In this document: in pieces, positions 8,775 through 19,053 of the stretch
Layout: every line of letters begins with the position of its first letter
Position numbering within the stretch: the stretch's first letter is position 1
IMG/VR virus record: IMGVR_UViG_3300025435_001056
Location: 1-64,000 of that record
Length of the DNA: 64,000 bases
Source: a virus
Direction: 5' to 3' (one strand)
Notes under the pieces: generated by a model
Database searches by the model: none
The model's input: only the letters and a program-made list of their open reading frames with translations
Told to the model about the DNA's origin: nothing
Translations under genes and position numbers: made by a program

Positions 8775-10898
8775 ATGGCTAAACACACACCCGCACGGCA
8801 ACTTTTTGACCTCTTGGTCAGCAGAGATTTTGACCCTGAAATACTGGATTCCGCTGGAAAACCAGCACCAGATCCAGCCAAAGCTGAACTGTTCAATTTT
8901 GACTTTCGTGCAGAATCTGGCAAAGACTACGGTACTGTGGTCATCTTGTTGGGTGACGAAAATAATCTCGAAGTATATTTTGGTGATAATGTGGGTCGTA
9001 CCATGGAAGGTACAGATAAAAATGATTGGTTTGCTTTTTTAGAACAACTCAAACATTTTGCCGTCAAAAACTTTATGAACTTTAACCCCAAGAATATCAA
9101 TCGCTTACGCTACAGTATGCAAACACAGGCTGCAGTCAAAGAAGGCCTGTTTGAATCATGGTCTGGTACCAGGACTGTCAGCTGGAACGGTCGACAGACC
9201 GAAGCTCGTCTCATGATCCGTCATAAAAAAACCTTGGGTGAAACGGATGCTCGTTATCGCTATATTGAAAGTTTATTTGTAGAAACGGCCGACGGCGAAC
9301 GCTACAAGTTGCCATTTACCAAGTTGTCAGGTGGCCGTGCCATGGTTGAACATGTGCGCCAGGGCGGCAAGCCCTACGACATGCGTGGACAACATATTGT
9401 GAGCATGGTAGAAGAAATCAATGTATTAAGTCGTTTTCGTCGAGCCAACCAAGGTCGTCTCCTGGAAGGCGATACAGCTGCTTTGGTCGAACAGGCCAAT
9501 CAATACTACAAAACCCTACAACGCAACATAAAAAGTTTAAGCAACAAGACCGGTTACAAAACCTATTTTGAAACTTGGAATCCAGCTGACATTACCGACG
9601 AAGAAGTGGTAGTGGAAGGCCTAAAACATCTGTTTGTGACACAGAGCATAGACGATAGAATTGAGTCAGCACTACCCTTACTGGCTCGCATACAACAACA
9701 AGGAACAGCCATGAAAGAAGCCAACATATTTGAAGCCTGGGCAGAACGCCTGACAGAAGGAACATGGCAGTTGCCAGACACTCCTGAAAAACAAACACAA
9801 CTGATTGCACTTATGCAGAAAGATCTGCCTGTGGGTGCCGACGCTACCAATGCCACTGAACAGTTGTATGATCTCCTGGGTGATGATCATTTATTTGATC
9901 AGTTAGAAGCTCTTGCCGATCGCGATGCCAATGCAGATGCACGCCAAATAGTCTATGACCGCATGAGTGAATTGAGTGATCATCCTGAAGTGCGCAAGGT
10001 CATTGATCAACTTCAAGTGGATGATCAGTACGAAATGAATCCGCCAGAAAGTGCTCCAGCTGACCTAGGATCAGATGAAATGGACGATGCCGAGCATGTG
10101 CCATCCGCACCAGGCAAGATCAACAAGTTGGCCGAAAGTCGCATGATCGACGAAGACAAAGAAACACTTGATCATATTTTGGATCGCTTCAAATACGAAG
10201 TTCGTCATTTTGAACAGGGTGGAGATTTAGATGAGCACCTGTATGATGCCCTGTTTGACTACTATTGTGATACCGGTGACATGCCGTATGGTGTGGCCAA
10301 GGCTCGCTCAGGTGATCCACATGAATGGGTAGCACAGAATTTGGAAAGTCACCTGCGTGGCGGTGGCATTGTCGGTGGTGAACCAGACGAGGACTATGCT
10401 GTTGAGCGTGAAGGGGTTGAAGAAGAATACAAAGATCCTGTGACCCAAACTGAAGATCCCCGTGATACTGTAGAACCAGAGTATCCAGAATATGCAGATC
10501 CTCTAGTAGACATTCTTAAAACAGCCGGAGTACCTGCTGGAGATCATCCTGCACCCGACTATAACCATGCTGAAATAAGCGAAGCCATCGCCCATATTGG
10601 CGATACTGTCGAATGCCCAGGCGGTGTAACAGGCAAGATTATATCCGATTTAGGCAACAAATGGTTAGTAAAAGATCTGCATGCCGAAACTGAAGATGAC
10701 GAGTTAGAATTTAACAAGGCAGATTGCTCAGTATCTAACATGTCTGAAGCCATTCCAGTGAGTTTAGAAGCTGAAGAAACGGACGAAAGCTCACCGTTAA
10801 AAGGTCAGTATGGACATTCGGGCAAGATGAAACCAGTTGCCAAAGACACCAGCTTCTTGGATCGTCTTAAAGAACTTTCCGGAATGATTCGTAACTAA
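8775..10898 (+). CDS. large acidic late protein, putative head/core component
   Basis: TAAATA 5 nt before the ATG; modular acidic C-terminal half; possible internal start at 9711. Confidence 0.65.
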   Translation: MAKHTPARQLFDLLVSRDFDPEILDSAGKPAPDPAKAELFNFDFRAESGKDYGTVVILLGDENNLEVYFGDNVGRTMEGTDKNDWFAFLEQLKHFAVKNFMNFNPKNINRLRYSMQTQAAVKEGLFESWSGTRTVSWNGRQTEARLMIRHKKTLGETDARYRYIESLFVETADGERYKLPFTKLSGGRAMVEHVRQGGKPYDMRGQHIVSMVEEINVLSRFRRANQGRLLEGDTAALVEQANQYYKTLQRNIKSLSNKTGYKTYFETWNPADITDEEVVVEGLKHLFVTQSIDDRIESALPLLARIQQQGTAMKEANIFEAWAERLTEGTWQLPDTPEKQTQLIALMQKDLPVGADATNATEQLYDLLGDDHLFDQLEALADRDANADARQIVYDRMSELSDHPEVRKVIDQLQVDDQYEMNPPESAPADLGSDEMDDAEHVPSAPGKINKLAESRMIDEDKETLDHILDRFKYEVRHFEQGGDLDEHLYDALFDYYCDTGDMPYGVAKARSGDPHEWVAQNLESHLRGGGIVGGEPDEDYAVEREGVEEEYKDPVTQTEDPRDTVEPEYPEYADPLVDILKTAGVPAGDHPAPDYNHAEISEAIAHIGDTVECPGGVTGKIISDLGNKWLVKDLHAETEDDELEFNKADCSVSNMSEAIPVSLEAEETDESSPLKGQYGHSGKMKPVAKDTSFLDRLKELSGMIRN

Positions 10899-10922
10899 AA
10901 TTATATTCTGAACAACCGCGAG

Positions 10923-11010
10923 ATAAATAGTACTTGTAATAAATTGTAGAGTATGTAATAATGCATACTCTACACAGGCAACCGGCAGTAAACAGGCAAC
11001 CGAGATAGGC
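10923..11010 (+). promoter_or_regulatory. late promoter, 11-bp hairpin and ACAGGCAACCG repeats (upstream part of the SSB leader)
   Basis: ATAAATA 10923-10929; TGTAGAGTATG/CATACTCTACA 10945-10974; repeats at 10974 and 10992. Confidence 0.55.
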
Positions 11011-11020
11011 ATTATAATAA

Positions 11021-11716
11021 ATGACAACATACTCATTATATGTAAAAACACATCGAGTCACCGGCTTAAAATATTTAGGCCAGACTTCCAAAAGCGATCC
11101 TCACAAATACACAGGTTCTGGAAAATATTGGCTACGCCATATTAAACAGCACGGAAAAAATTGGGATACTAAAATCCTATTCAAATCGCAAAACAAAAAA
11201 GATATTAACAATTTAGGTGCCTACTATAGCAACCTCTGGAATGTTGTAGAAAGCAGTGAGTGGGCAAATTTAAAACCAGAAACTGGAGATGGAGCCGCAT
11301 CAGGAATATATAATCCTATGAAGAATCCAGAGGTATTGTCAAAACAACAAGCAATAATTCAAGATCCAGCAATTAAAGAAAAGCATCGTGCGGCAACAAT
11401 CAAAGCAATGAATACCCCTGAGGTAAAAGAAAAATTAAAAGCAGTTAGAAATACACCAGAATACAAACAATATTTAAAAACAACATTACACAAGCCAGAG
11501 CTAATAAAAAATCGCTTTGGCAAAAAGAATCCTAATTTTGACTCTACTGTTTATTATTTTGAACATGTTAACGGAATTACATTTACAGGAACAAGATTCG
11601 AGTTTAACAACACCTATCAACTGACAAGCGGTAGCGTGTCGAGATTGTTAAATGGAGAATATAAAACTACACAAGGATGGAAATTAGCCAATTTAGTAGT
11701 AAACACGGACAGATGA
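11021..11716 (+). CDS. free-standing homing endonuclease (GIY-YIG/Seg-like)
   Basis: LYVKTH..TGLKYLGQT..YTGSGKYW; basic repeats; C-terminal GKKNPNFD..GWK; AT-rich. Confidence 0.75.
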   Translation: MTTYSLYVKTHRVTGLKYLGQTSKSDPHKYTGSGKYWLRHIKQHGKNWDTKILFKSQNKKDINNLGAYYSNLWNVVESSEWANLKPETGDGAASGIYNPMKNPEVLSKQQAIIQDPAIKEKHRAATIKAMNTPEVKEKLKAVRNTPEYKQYLKTTLHKPELIKNRFGKKNPNFDSTVYYFEHVNGITFTGTRFEFNNTYQLTSGSVSRLLNGEYKTTQGWKLANLVVNTDR

Positions 11717-11793
11717 GTGTATAATCAGCTGTAAGGCAACATTTAAGACAATCTTAAATCACATATTAAATCAACTTAGAAAGGCAACATAAT

Positions 11794-12792
11794 ATGGCAT
11801 CGTTACAAGAAATTAGAGCAAGACTCGCTGCCAGCGAGAATAAACAAGGTGGTCAATCAACCGGAGGAGATAATTCCATTTATCCTCATTGGAATATGGC
11901 CGAGGGAGACAGCGCAACACTACGCTTTCTACCAGATGGTAATACAAAGAATACTTTCTTTTGGCAAGAACGCAGCATGATAAGACTTCCTTTCAATGGA
12001 ATTAAGGGTGAAATGGAATCCAAACAAGTTATGGTCCAGATCCCATGTATGGAGATGTATGGTGAGACCTGTCCGGTGCTGACAGAAGTTCGTACCTGGT
12101 TCAAAGACAAGAGTCTTGAAGAAATGGGTCGCAAGTATTGGAAAAAACGTTCATACATTTTCCAAGGCTTTGTACGTGAGAATCCTCTTGCTGACGACAA
12201 GGCTCCGGCCAATCCAATCCGTCGTTTCATCATTGGGCCTCAGATCTTTACCACCATCAAAGGTGCCCTAATGGATCCAGAGTTGGAAGAATTGCCAACT
12301 GATTACCTGCGTGGCCTAGACTTCCGTATCAGCAAAGGAAGCAAAGGCGGATTTGCTGACTACAACGGCTCCAAATGGGCTCGTAAAGAAACAGCACTTA
12401 CTGAAGCTGAACAAGCGGCCATTGAGCAGTATGGCCTGTTTGACTTGAGCACATTCATGCCCAAGAAGCCAGGAGATGTTGAACTCAAGGTCATCAAAGA
12501 AATGTTTGAAGCGTCAGTTGATGGTCAGAGCTACGATACTGAGCGTTGGGGTGCTTACTTCCGTCCAGCCGGAGTCAATGCTCCTGCCGGGGCCGCAACA
12601 ACAGCCGCTCCAGCTACTTCAGTCGACGCCGATGAAGATACTCCGGCACCAGTGTCCAAAGCGGCTCCTTCTGTGACCAGTGATTTTGACGACGAAGAAC
12701 CAGCACCAGTGGCAGTTTCTATTGAAGCCAAACCTTCTACACAAAAAGCAGAAGATATATTGGCAATGATTCGCGCACGACAGAAACAATAG
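11794..12792 (+). CDS. ssDNA-binding protein (T4 gp32-like)
   Basis: LRFLPDG, C..CPV, YWKKRSY, IIGPQIF, GLDFRISK, acidic tail. Confidence 0.9.
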   Translation: MASLQEIRARLAASENKQGGQSTGGDNSIYPHWNMAEGDSATLRFLPDGNTKNTFFWQERSMIRLPFNGIKGEMESKQVMVQIPCMEMYGETCPVLTEVRTWFKDKSLEEMGRKYWKKRSYIFQGFVRENPLADDKAPANPIRRFIIGPQIFTTIKGALMDPELEELPTDYLRGLDFRISKGSKGGFADYNGSKWARKETALTEAEQAAIEQYGLFDLSTFMPKKPGDVELKVIKEMFEASVDGQSYDTERWGAYFRPAGVNAPAGAATTAAPATSVDADEDTPAPVSKAAPSVTSDFDDEEPAPVAVSIEAKPSTQKAEDILAMIRARQKQ

Positions 12793-12803
12793 CATTTAAA
12801 TTA

Positions 12804-12828
12804 GGACAGGGCCTGACAGGCCCTGTCC
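12804..12828 (+). terminator. GC-rich hairpin after SSB (possible terminator or processing site)
   Basis: GGACAGGGCC-TGACA-GGCCCTGTCC; no U-tract. Confidence 0.45.
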
Positions 12829-12833
12829 AATAG

Positions 12834-13679
12834 ATGATGGATACACCTAAATTTATAATTACACGCTTTGCTCATGGAACAGCAGGCAAATTTCTAAGCA
12901 CGGTTTTACAGACTAGCAATCTGATTGATCACTGGTCACCGACTGTTCAGAAAGAAAAAGAGTCTGGAAATTTTTTAGATGAGGTAACTTTACAGTATGT
13001 TCGAAGAAGTTTCCCCGTCGACCATACTCTCCATTTACAAAATGAGCCTATGGTGCCCTATTGCACAGATTTATACAGCACTGGGTATACTCGTGGCCAG
13101 GAAACCACACTAGAGCAATATTTAAATTATGCTCAAAAGATAAAAGACATTAGATTAGATGCCTGTATGGAAAAAAATCTACTTGCTAATCTTATTTTTC
13201 ATAAATTAGAAATCCCTATTTTTTGTCAAGGAGCACCGGTAGTTACAGTACTAGTTAACACTAGTGAAGAAAAAAATTGGTTGCACCGTACACTATGGTC
13301 AAAACACTTTGCAGAAATCGACAATAGAATACACCACCTTCCAAGCGACCCAAATTATTGCAGTTTTGTAAGTCTACCAACTGTGTTAAAATTTCATAAT
13401 GACTATCATTATGATATCAACGAAAAAGATAGACTATTTAACAAATACATATTAGAACATTCTGGAGAGCGCTGGTACACTAATCCTAACAATGTTACCA
13501 AATTTGACAATTTAAATAATTTAAACAATAAATTTATCAATTTAAAAGATTTTTTTGAGTTAGACACATTTATTAACACAATGTCAAGTTTATTCAATTA
13601 TTTTAATCTTGGTACATTAAACAAATCTTTGGTGTCTAACATGTATAATATTTGGTGGGGCCGACAACTTAAATTATGA
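12834..13679 (+). CDS. hypothetical protein, sulfotransferase/P-loop-like
   Basis: N-terminal IITRFAHGTAGKFL; AT-rich island. Confidence 0.45.
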   Translation: MMDTPKFIITRFAHGTAGKFLSTVLQTSNLIDHWSPTVQKEKESGNFLDEVTLQYVRRSFPVDHTLHLQNEPMVPYCTDLYSTGYTRGQETTLEQYLNYAQKIKDIRLDACMEKNLLANLIFHKLEIPIFCQGAPVVTVLVNTSEEKNWLHRTLWSKHFAEIDNRIHHLPSDPNYCSFVSLPTVLKFHNDYHYDINEKDRLFNKYILEHSGERWYTNPNNVTKFDNLNNLNNKFINLKDFFELDTFINTMSSLFNYFNLGTLNKSLVSNMYNIWWGRQLKL

Positions 13680-14635
13680 AACACATAGATTATCCATATA
13701 CACAATTTGACAATTTAGTACAAATGCCAACGACCTTTACACTATGCGATCATATCAAAGGGTTTAATTTGTCTAAAACAAATGATTTTTTTAAAAATCT
13801 AAACAATTATGGTAAATTAAAAAATATAAAATATGATATCATTTATCATAACGTTTTAGAAAACGATATTAAATCATCGTATCCACACTTGAATATTAAA
13901 TTTTCATCTGAATTACAAAATAAATTAAATTTAAATAAGTTTTTATCGTACAATATACATCCAACAATCAATTATAAAAATTTCATATGCAGTTTTAATG
14001 GATCCGATCATGTAAGTAGAAAATTGCTAGTGTCAATTTTACAAAAATTTGGATATTTCAATCCTGCATATTGTAGTAAGAATTTTTCATATTCTACAAA
14101 TGTGCTAAATGGACATGTATACGATTACGTACAAGACAACGATAATTTTTATTGTAAATTCTTCATTTCAGATGACAGCGAAGATTTTTTTCAATCTGTA
14201 TATACTTTTGATTATACACGATTCCAACACGATAAAAATATTTACAATTTAGAAACTCGTCTCACTGAGAGTTTTTTGCATGTGGTAAGCGAAACCATGG
14301 CTACAAGTTATGTTCCTTTTGTTACAGAAAAATTTTTATATAGTATTGTGACCCGAGGATTATTTCTTGCTTATGCACAACCAGGTTGGCACGCCCATGT
14401 AGAAAAATACTATGGGTTTAAACGCTATACTAAATTATTTGATTATAGATTTGATAGTATCGAAAATCCGGTTGAACGTGTAGTTGAACTCATGTGCATG
14501 ATTTCAAAATTCAGTCGGTTAACTACAGTAGAATGGTATGACTTATATCTAATAGAACAAGATACCATTGAATATAATTATGATCATTATTTTAGTGGTA
14601 GTTATCTAAAATATTTAAAAAAATATAGTGATTAA
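13676..14635 (+). CDS. glycosyltransferase-like protein (GT10-like motif)
   Basis: VVSET..FVTEK..GFK..FDYRFD..YNY; very AT-rich. Confidence 0.5.
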   Translation: MKHIDYPYTQFDNLVQMPTTFTLCDHIKGFNLSKTNDFFKNLNNYGKLKNIKYDIIYHNVLENDIKSSYPHLNIKFSSELQNKLNLNKFLSYNIHPTINYKNFICSFNGSDHVSRKLLVSILQKFGYFNPAYCSKNFSYSTNVLNGHVYDYVQDNDNFYCKFFISDDSEDFFQSVYTFDYTRFQHDKNIYNLETRLTESFLHVVSETMATSYVPFVTEKFLYSIVTRGLFLAYAQPGWHAHVEKYYGFKRYTKLFDYRFDSIENPVERVVELMCMISKFSRLTTVEWYDLYLIEQDTIEYNYDHYFSGSYLKYLKKYSD

Positions 14636-15446
14636 TTTCAATAGTTATAGCCCTGTAATAATTTGTTTTCCTCCGTATGCTGGCGGAAAGTTTATTAGCA
14701 ATTGTTTGTCATTAAGCCAATATGCAGTTCCACAAGATGCTGTTATAGCAAAAAAACTTTTAGAAAATCCCACTGACTATCAATATAGATTAGATTTGGT
14801 ACTAAAAACATTACCCCCTTCTCAATCTGCTATGAAACAGTGGGTTAAAAAATATGAACTTGGAGATCTGCAACTTTATGGAAATGCTGTAGAGCAGTGG
14901 CGAATTGGTATTGCAACAACAGATAATATGCATGCGGTTGTTGAGACTCTTTCTTTTGGCAATCTACGATATTTTATTTGTTGCCACGCGGGTGCTTTAG
15001 GAGTAGAAAAACTTTTAAAGGTATGGCCCAACGCACAAATTTTGATGTTGATAAACTATGCTAAATTTAGTAATATTTCTTGCCAACTAAAATCCTCCAA
15101 TTTCAAAAATTCAGTTGAGTATTCAGGTAACTACTGCAAAGAAAAATATGACCAACTAGCTGGGCCAGATTGGCCATCATGGAAAGAATTTGAAAAAACA
15201 GGATTTAATACAAAATATTTAATCAATTATCCAGAATATATCATAAATGAAATTGGATCATTTTATCCCTGGCATACCATAGAGAAAAAAACAATATTGT
15301 TGGACATTGACAATAATATTTTTGATCAAGATCGCTTCCTTTGCGCAATTTCAAACTTGTATCAAGAATTAGGATTTGACGATTTTAATTCAGAGCTTGT
15401 TGAAAAATTTTGGAAAAGATATATAGACTTACACCAAATTTTGTAG
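14628..15446 (+). CDS. hypothetical protein, sulfotransferase/P-loop-like
   Basis: IICFPPYAGGKFISNCL, similar to the ORF 12834 N-terminus; YDQLAGPDWPSW motif. Confidence 0.45.
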   Translation: MINFNSYSPVIICFPPYAGGKFISNCLSLSQYAVPQDAVIAKKLLENPTDYQYRLDLVLKTLPPSQSAMKQWVKKYELGDLQLYGNAVEQWRIGIATTDNMHAVVETLSFGNLRYFICCHAGALGVEKLLKVWPNAQILMLINYAKFSNISCQLKSSNFKNSVEYSGNYCKEKYDQLAGPDWPSWKEFEKTGFNTKYLINYPEYIINEIGSFYPWHTIEKKTILLDIDNNIFDQDRFLCAISNLYQELGFDDFNSELVEKFWKRYIDLHQIL

Positions 15447-15479
15447 TATAGTAATTAAACTTAAAGAAAGAAGGTAATT

Positions 15480-16535
15480 ATGGCAAAACCATTTGACGTA
15501 TCAAAATTCCGCAAGGACATCACCAAGAGCATCGACGGTCTTAGTATTGGATTTAACGATCCAACAGACTGGATCAGCACAGGCAACTTTGCGTTAAATT
15601 ATTTGATCAGCGGTGACTTTAACAAAGGTATTCCACTGGGCAAGGTAACAGTATTTGCTGGTGAGTCGGGTGCAGGTAAAAGTTATTTCTGCTCGGGCAA
15701 CATTATTAAAAACGCACAAGAGCAGGGTATTTTTGTTATATTGATTGATAGTGAAAACGCACTAGATGAAGATTGGCTTAAAGCATTAGGTGTTGACACT
15801 AGCGATAGTAAATTGCTTAAATTGTCAATGGCCATGATTGATGACGTTGCCAAAACAATCTCAACATTTATGAGCGACTACAAGGCACTACCGGACGGTG
15901 AAAGACCAAAAGTATTGTTTGTAATCGACAGTTTAGGTATGTTGCTGACACCCACAGACGTTAATCAATTTGATGCAGGAGAAATGAAAGGTGATTTGGG
16001 TCGTAAGCCTAAAGCACTTACAGCATTGGTTCGTAACTGTGTAAACATGTTTGGTAGTTATAATGTAGGCCTGGTGTGTACTAACCACACCTATGCTAGT
16101 CAAGACATGTTTGACCCAGATGATAAAATCTCGGGCGGCCAAGGCTTTATCTATGCTAGTAGTATTGTGGTTGCTATGAAGAAAATGAAACTCAAAGAAG
16201 ACGAGGATGGCAACAAGATTACCGATGTTATGGGCATCCGTGCTGGTTGTAAAGTAATGAAAACTCGGTACGCTAAACCGTTTGAAGGTGTACAGGTTAA
16301 GATTCCCTATGAAACAGGTATGAATCCGTACTCGGGCATGGTGGACATGGCTGAAAAACGTGGCCTACTCAAGAAAGAGGGCAATAGTTTGGTATTTGTT
16401 ACCAGCGATGGAGAAGTAATTAAACAGTTCCGTAAAAAATGGGAAGCTAATGAAGCTGGTTGTTTAGACAAACTTATGGCCGACTTTAATAATCAAAAAA
16501 CAATAAGTACTGAAGAAACAGCAACGGAGGAATAA
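15480..16535 (+). CDS. uvsX: RecA-like recombinase UvsX
   Basis: GESGAGKS, IDSENA, VIDSLG, TNHTY, SGGQG. Confidence 0.95.
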   Translation: MAKPFDVSKFRKDITKSIDGLSIGFNDPTDWISTGNFALNYLISGDFNKGIPLGKVTVFAGESGAGKSYFCSGNIIKNAQEQGIFVILIDSENALDEDWLKALGVDTSDSKLLKLSMAMIDDVAKTISTFMSDYKALPDGERPKVLFVIDSLGMLLTPTDVNQFDAGEMKGDLGRKPKALTALVRNCVNMFGSYNVGLVCTNHTYASQDMFDPDDKISGGQGFIYASSIVVAMKKMKLKEDEDGNKITDVMGIRAGCKVMKTRYAKPFEGVQVKIPYETGMNPYSGMVDMAEKRGLLKKEGNSLVFVTSDGEVIKQFRKKWEANEAGCLDKLMADFNNQKTISTEETATEE

Positions 16536-16536
16536 T

Positions 16537-16788
16537 ATGTCAGTAGAACTAGCGAGTGAAATTTGGAGCGAGCTCAAGCGTTATGTAAACACGGTTGACC
16601 GTGATGAAGCCGCAGAAACATTAGTATCAGTCTTGATCGACAATGATTTGGCCGCCGACGAAATACGCAATGCATTCAAAGGTGATTCAGATGTAAAACG
16701 AGCCTTGACCAGTTATTTGCGCGATCACGAAGATGTCGAAGATGACGAGGATGTCGAAGATGAGGATGAAGATGACGAGGATTACTGA
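16537..16788 (+). CDS. small acidic hypothetical protein
   Basis: SD GGAGG; acidic tail; coupled to the next gene. Confidence 0.75.
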   Translation: MSVELASEIWSELKRYVNTVDRDEAAETLVSVLIDNDLAADEIRNAFKGDSDVKRALTSYLRDHEDVEDDEDVEDEDEDDEDY

Positions 16789-17240
16789 TGTGGTATAGCC
16801 GGGTAGTTGCTGATCTAGCCAACATTCCAGACTTTATTGATCACTATAATCATGAACTAGATTTAGCCAAGCAGGACTGTCGTGTGGGTGGCTTGATTGA
16901 AAAGAATATTACGGCCTTGCCTGGCATTACTGAACACAGATTCAATCAGTTACAAGAGATTGAAGCGGTGCTTAATTATCTTAATATTCAACTTAGAAAA
17001 ATTCGTCGAAAACATTTTCAAAAGTATTTAGAAGGATATGCTCGTGCGCTAACCAGTAGAGATGCAGAAAAGTATGTGGATGGCGAAGACGAAGTAATTG
17101 AGTTTGAAACCTTGATTAACGAAGTGGCTCTGTTGCGTAATCGTTTCTTAGGTATCCTCAAAGGTATGGAAAGTAAAAACTTCATGTTGGGACATGTTGT
17201 TAGACTCAGAGCTGCTGGCATGGAAGACATACAGGTATGA
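16788..17240 (+). CDS. uvsY: recombination mediator UvsY-like
   Basis: Helical, LTSRDAEKYVDGEDE motif, follows uvsX. Confidence 0.75.
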   Translation: MWYSRVVADLANIPDFIDHYNHELDLAKQDCRVGGLIEKNITALPGITEHRFNQLQEIEAVLNYLNIQLRKIRRKHFQKYLEGYARALTSRDAEKYVDGEDEVIEFETLINEVALLRNRFLGILKGMESKNFMLGHVVRLRAAGMEDIQV

Positions 17241-17995
17241 CATTTGGTAACAGCGAGCTGTCGCATCAACACAGTTTAGAAACTCTTAATGCATTACAAG
17301 AGTACGATGAGTTTATGGAAAGTATTGGAACTCTAGTGGACATTGGGTGCGGCAGTGGTCTGGATACTAAATGGTGGGCCACCCGTATGACTAGAGAAGA
17401 TAATCCGCGCCCGCTCAACATCCAATGTACTGGTGTTGATTTGATCGAGCAACCCTTTGCTCCCAGACAATACACAAATGTAGCTTACCAATGTGGTAAT
17501 TTTGAAACAGAAATAGCGACCCCACCGGGTCGACTGTTTGATGTGATATGGTGCCATGATGCATTTCAATATGCAATCGACCCCATTGGGACCTTGAGTC
17601 GCTGGCGCAATATTGCCAGCGACGGTGCCATGTTGGTGCTGATAATTCCCGAAACTCAATGGATACATCGCAAAAAGTTGATGTTTACCCAACCCAACGG
17701 ATGTTTTTATCACTATAGCATAGTTAACCTCATACACATGTTAGCCATAACTGGCTGGGACTGTCGTGCTGGATTTTTCAAAAAAAACCCAACTGATAAC
17801 TGGATTCATGCAATAGTGTACAAATCCGATCATAAACCCATGGATCCTAGAACCACCACCTGGTATCAATTAAGTGAAATGGGGTTACTGCCCGAATCTG
17901 CCGATGCCAGCATACAGGCCCATGGGGAATTACAGCAACAGGAGCTGATTTTGCCGTGGCTTGATAAAAGCCTGTGTTGGTTAGGAAATTATTAA
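17237..17995 (+). CDS. class I SAM-dependent methyltransferase
   Basis: LVDIGCGSG; FDVIWCHDAFQY. Confidence 0.85.
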   Translation: MTFGNSELSHQHSLETLNALQEYDEFMESIGTLVDIGCGSGLDTKWWATRMTREDNPRPLNIQCTGVDLIEQPFAPRQYTNVAYQCGNFETEIATPPGRLFDVIWCHDAFQYAIDPIGTLSRWRNIASDGAMLVLIIPETQWIHRKKLMFTQPNGCFYHYSIVNLIHMLAITGWDCRAGFFKKNPTDNWIHAIVYKSDHKPMDPRTTTWYQLSEMGLLPESADASIQAHGELQQQELILPWLDKSLCWLGNY

Positions 17996-18028
17996 AATTG
18001 ATAAATAAAATTATAGGAGATTCAACTT

Positions 18029-18760
18029 ATGGCTCAAAATCGCACACTACAATTCTTGGGATTAGCATACGGTAATGCACCGGTAATATTAAATGCTCAT
18101 ATCAATGGCACTTTAGTATATTCAGGAAGCGTTCCTACAATAGATGCTCCTGTAAATCAAACACCAGGAACAGTACTGACTCAACCCTTGTTTGTTACAG
18201 ATCCTGCACTATTTTCAATCCCAACAGATTTTGCTGGCGCATACCCAGTAACTATATCAGTGGCCAACGGAAATGGTATATTAATCGGCGATGTATATTC
18301 TAATTATATGCCAACCTACACTCTAAATACCCCTGCAATACTGGATAACTCCACAATTAGTGATACTACATTAACTGTGGGTACATTAACGTCTGGCACA
18401 ATATCCATTGGATCACTATTAAGTGGTGCTGCCATTATGGCTAATACCTATATTATTAGCGGCAGTGGATCAACTTGGACCGTAAATAACAGTCAAACAG
18501 TAGCGGCAACAACAATTACTAGTCAATCATTAACAATAAACCCAGGAAGCTCTACAGTATTCGGCCCTTGTTATGTTAACCAAACCCCAAATAATGGTAC
18601 TAATCCCCCCGACCCGCGTGCTAATGTAACTCTTGATGGTATTCCACAAACTCGTCCAACACCGACTCCAGAAACAATGGGTCCAGTTGACTGGACAGTA
18701 AACGCCGGTAGCACCCTGGCATTTGATTTAACTATTAGCCTAGGTAATGTAGCCGTCTAA
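18029..18760 (+). CDS. putative virion protein
   Basis: ATAAATA and AGGAG upstream; Thr/Ser/Gly-rich beta-type sequence. Confidence 0.6.
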   Translation: MAQNRTLQFLGLAYGNAPVILNAHINGTLVYSGSVPTIDAPVNQTPGTVLTQPLFVTDPALFSIPTDFAGAYPVTISVANGNGILIGDVYSNYMPTYTLNTPAILDNSTISDTTLTVGTLTSGTISIGSLLSGAAIMANTYIISGSGSTWTVNNSQTVAATTITSQSLTINPGSSTVFGPCYVNQTPNNGTNPPDPRANVTLDGIPQTRPTPTPETMGPVDWTVNAGSTLAFDLTISLGNVAV

Positions 18761-18781
18761 ATCAGCATGTACTAACCAACT

Positions 18782-18809
18782 AAAAGCCCTACTTAGCTAG
18801 GGCTTTTTT
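18782..18809 (+). terminator. intrinsic terminator
   Basis: AAAAGCCCTA/TAGGGCTTTTTT. Confidence 0.85.
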
Positions 18810-18813
18810 ACGG

Positions 18814-18842
18814 TTGACTATTAATGTCCAATTCGCTATAAT
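18814..18842 (+). promoter_or_regulatory. sigma70-type early promoter
   Basis: TTGACT-17-TATAAT. Confidence 0.85.
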
Positions 18843-18859
18843 ATTATATACTAACAAAA

Positions 18860-18988
18860 ATGACTAAGAAACATTTTATAGCAATGTCCCAAGAAATTAA
18901 CCAAATACCAAATACCTGATATGTCAATTGCATTCTGTCGGGCAGTACAGACTACTAATCCTAGTTTTGACCGGGCTAAATTTAAGCA
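18860..18988 (+). pseudogene. frameshifted small early gene
   Basis: MTKKHFIAMSQEINQIP then stop; removing one CCAAATA of the tandem copy restores ..PDMSIAFCRAVQTTNPSFDRAKFK. Confidence 0.55.
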
Positions 18989-18990
18989 GG

Positions 18991-19019
18991 TTGACCTAAA
19001 ATACCAAATACGCTATAAT
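18991..19019 (+). promoter_or_regulatory. sigma70-type early promoter
   Basis: TTGACC-17-TATAAT. Confidence 0.85.
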
Positions 19020-19053
19020 AGTATTATTAACAATATAGTTAAGGAGCTAAAAA

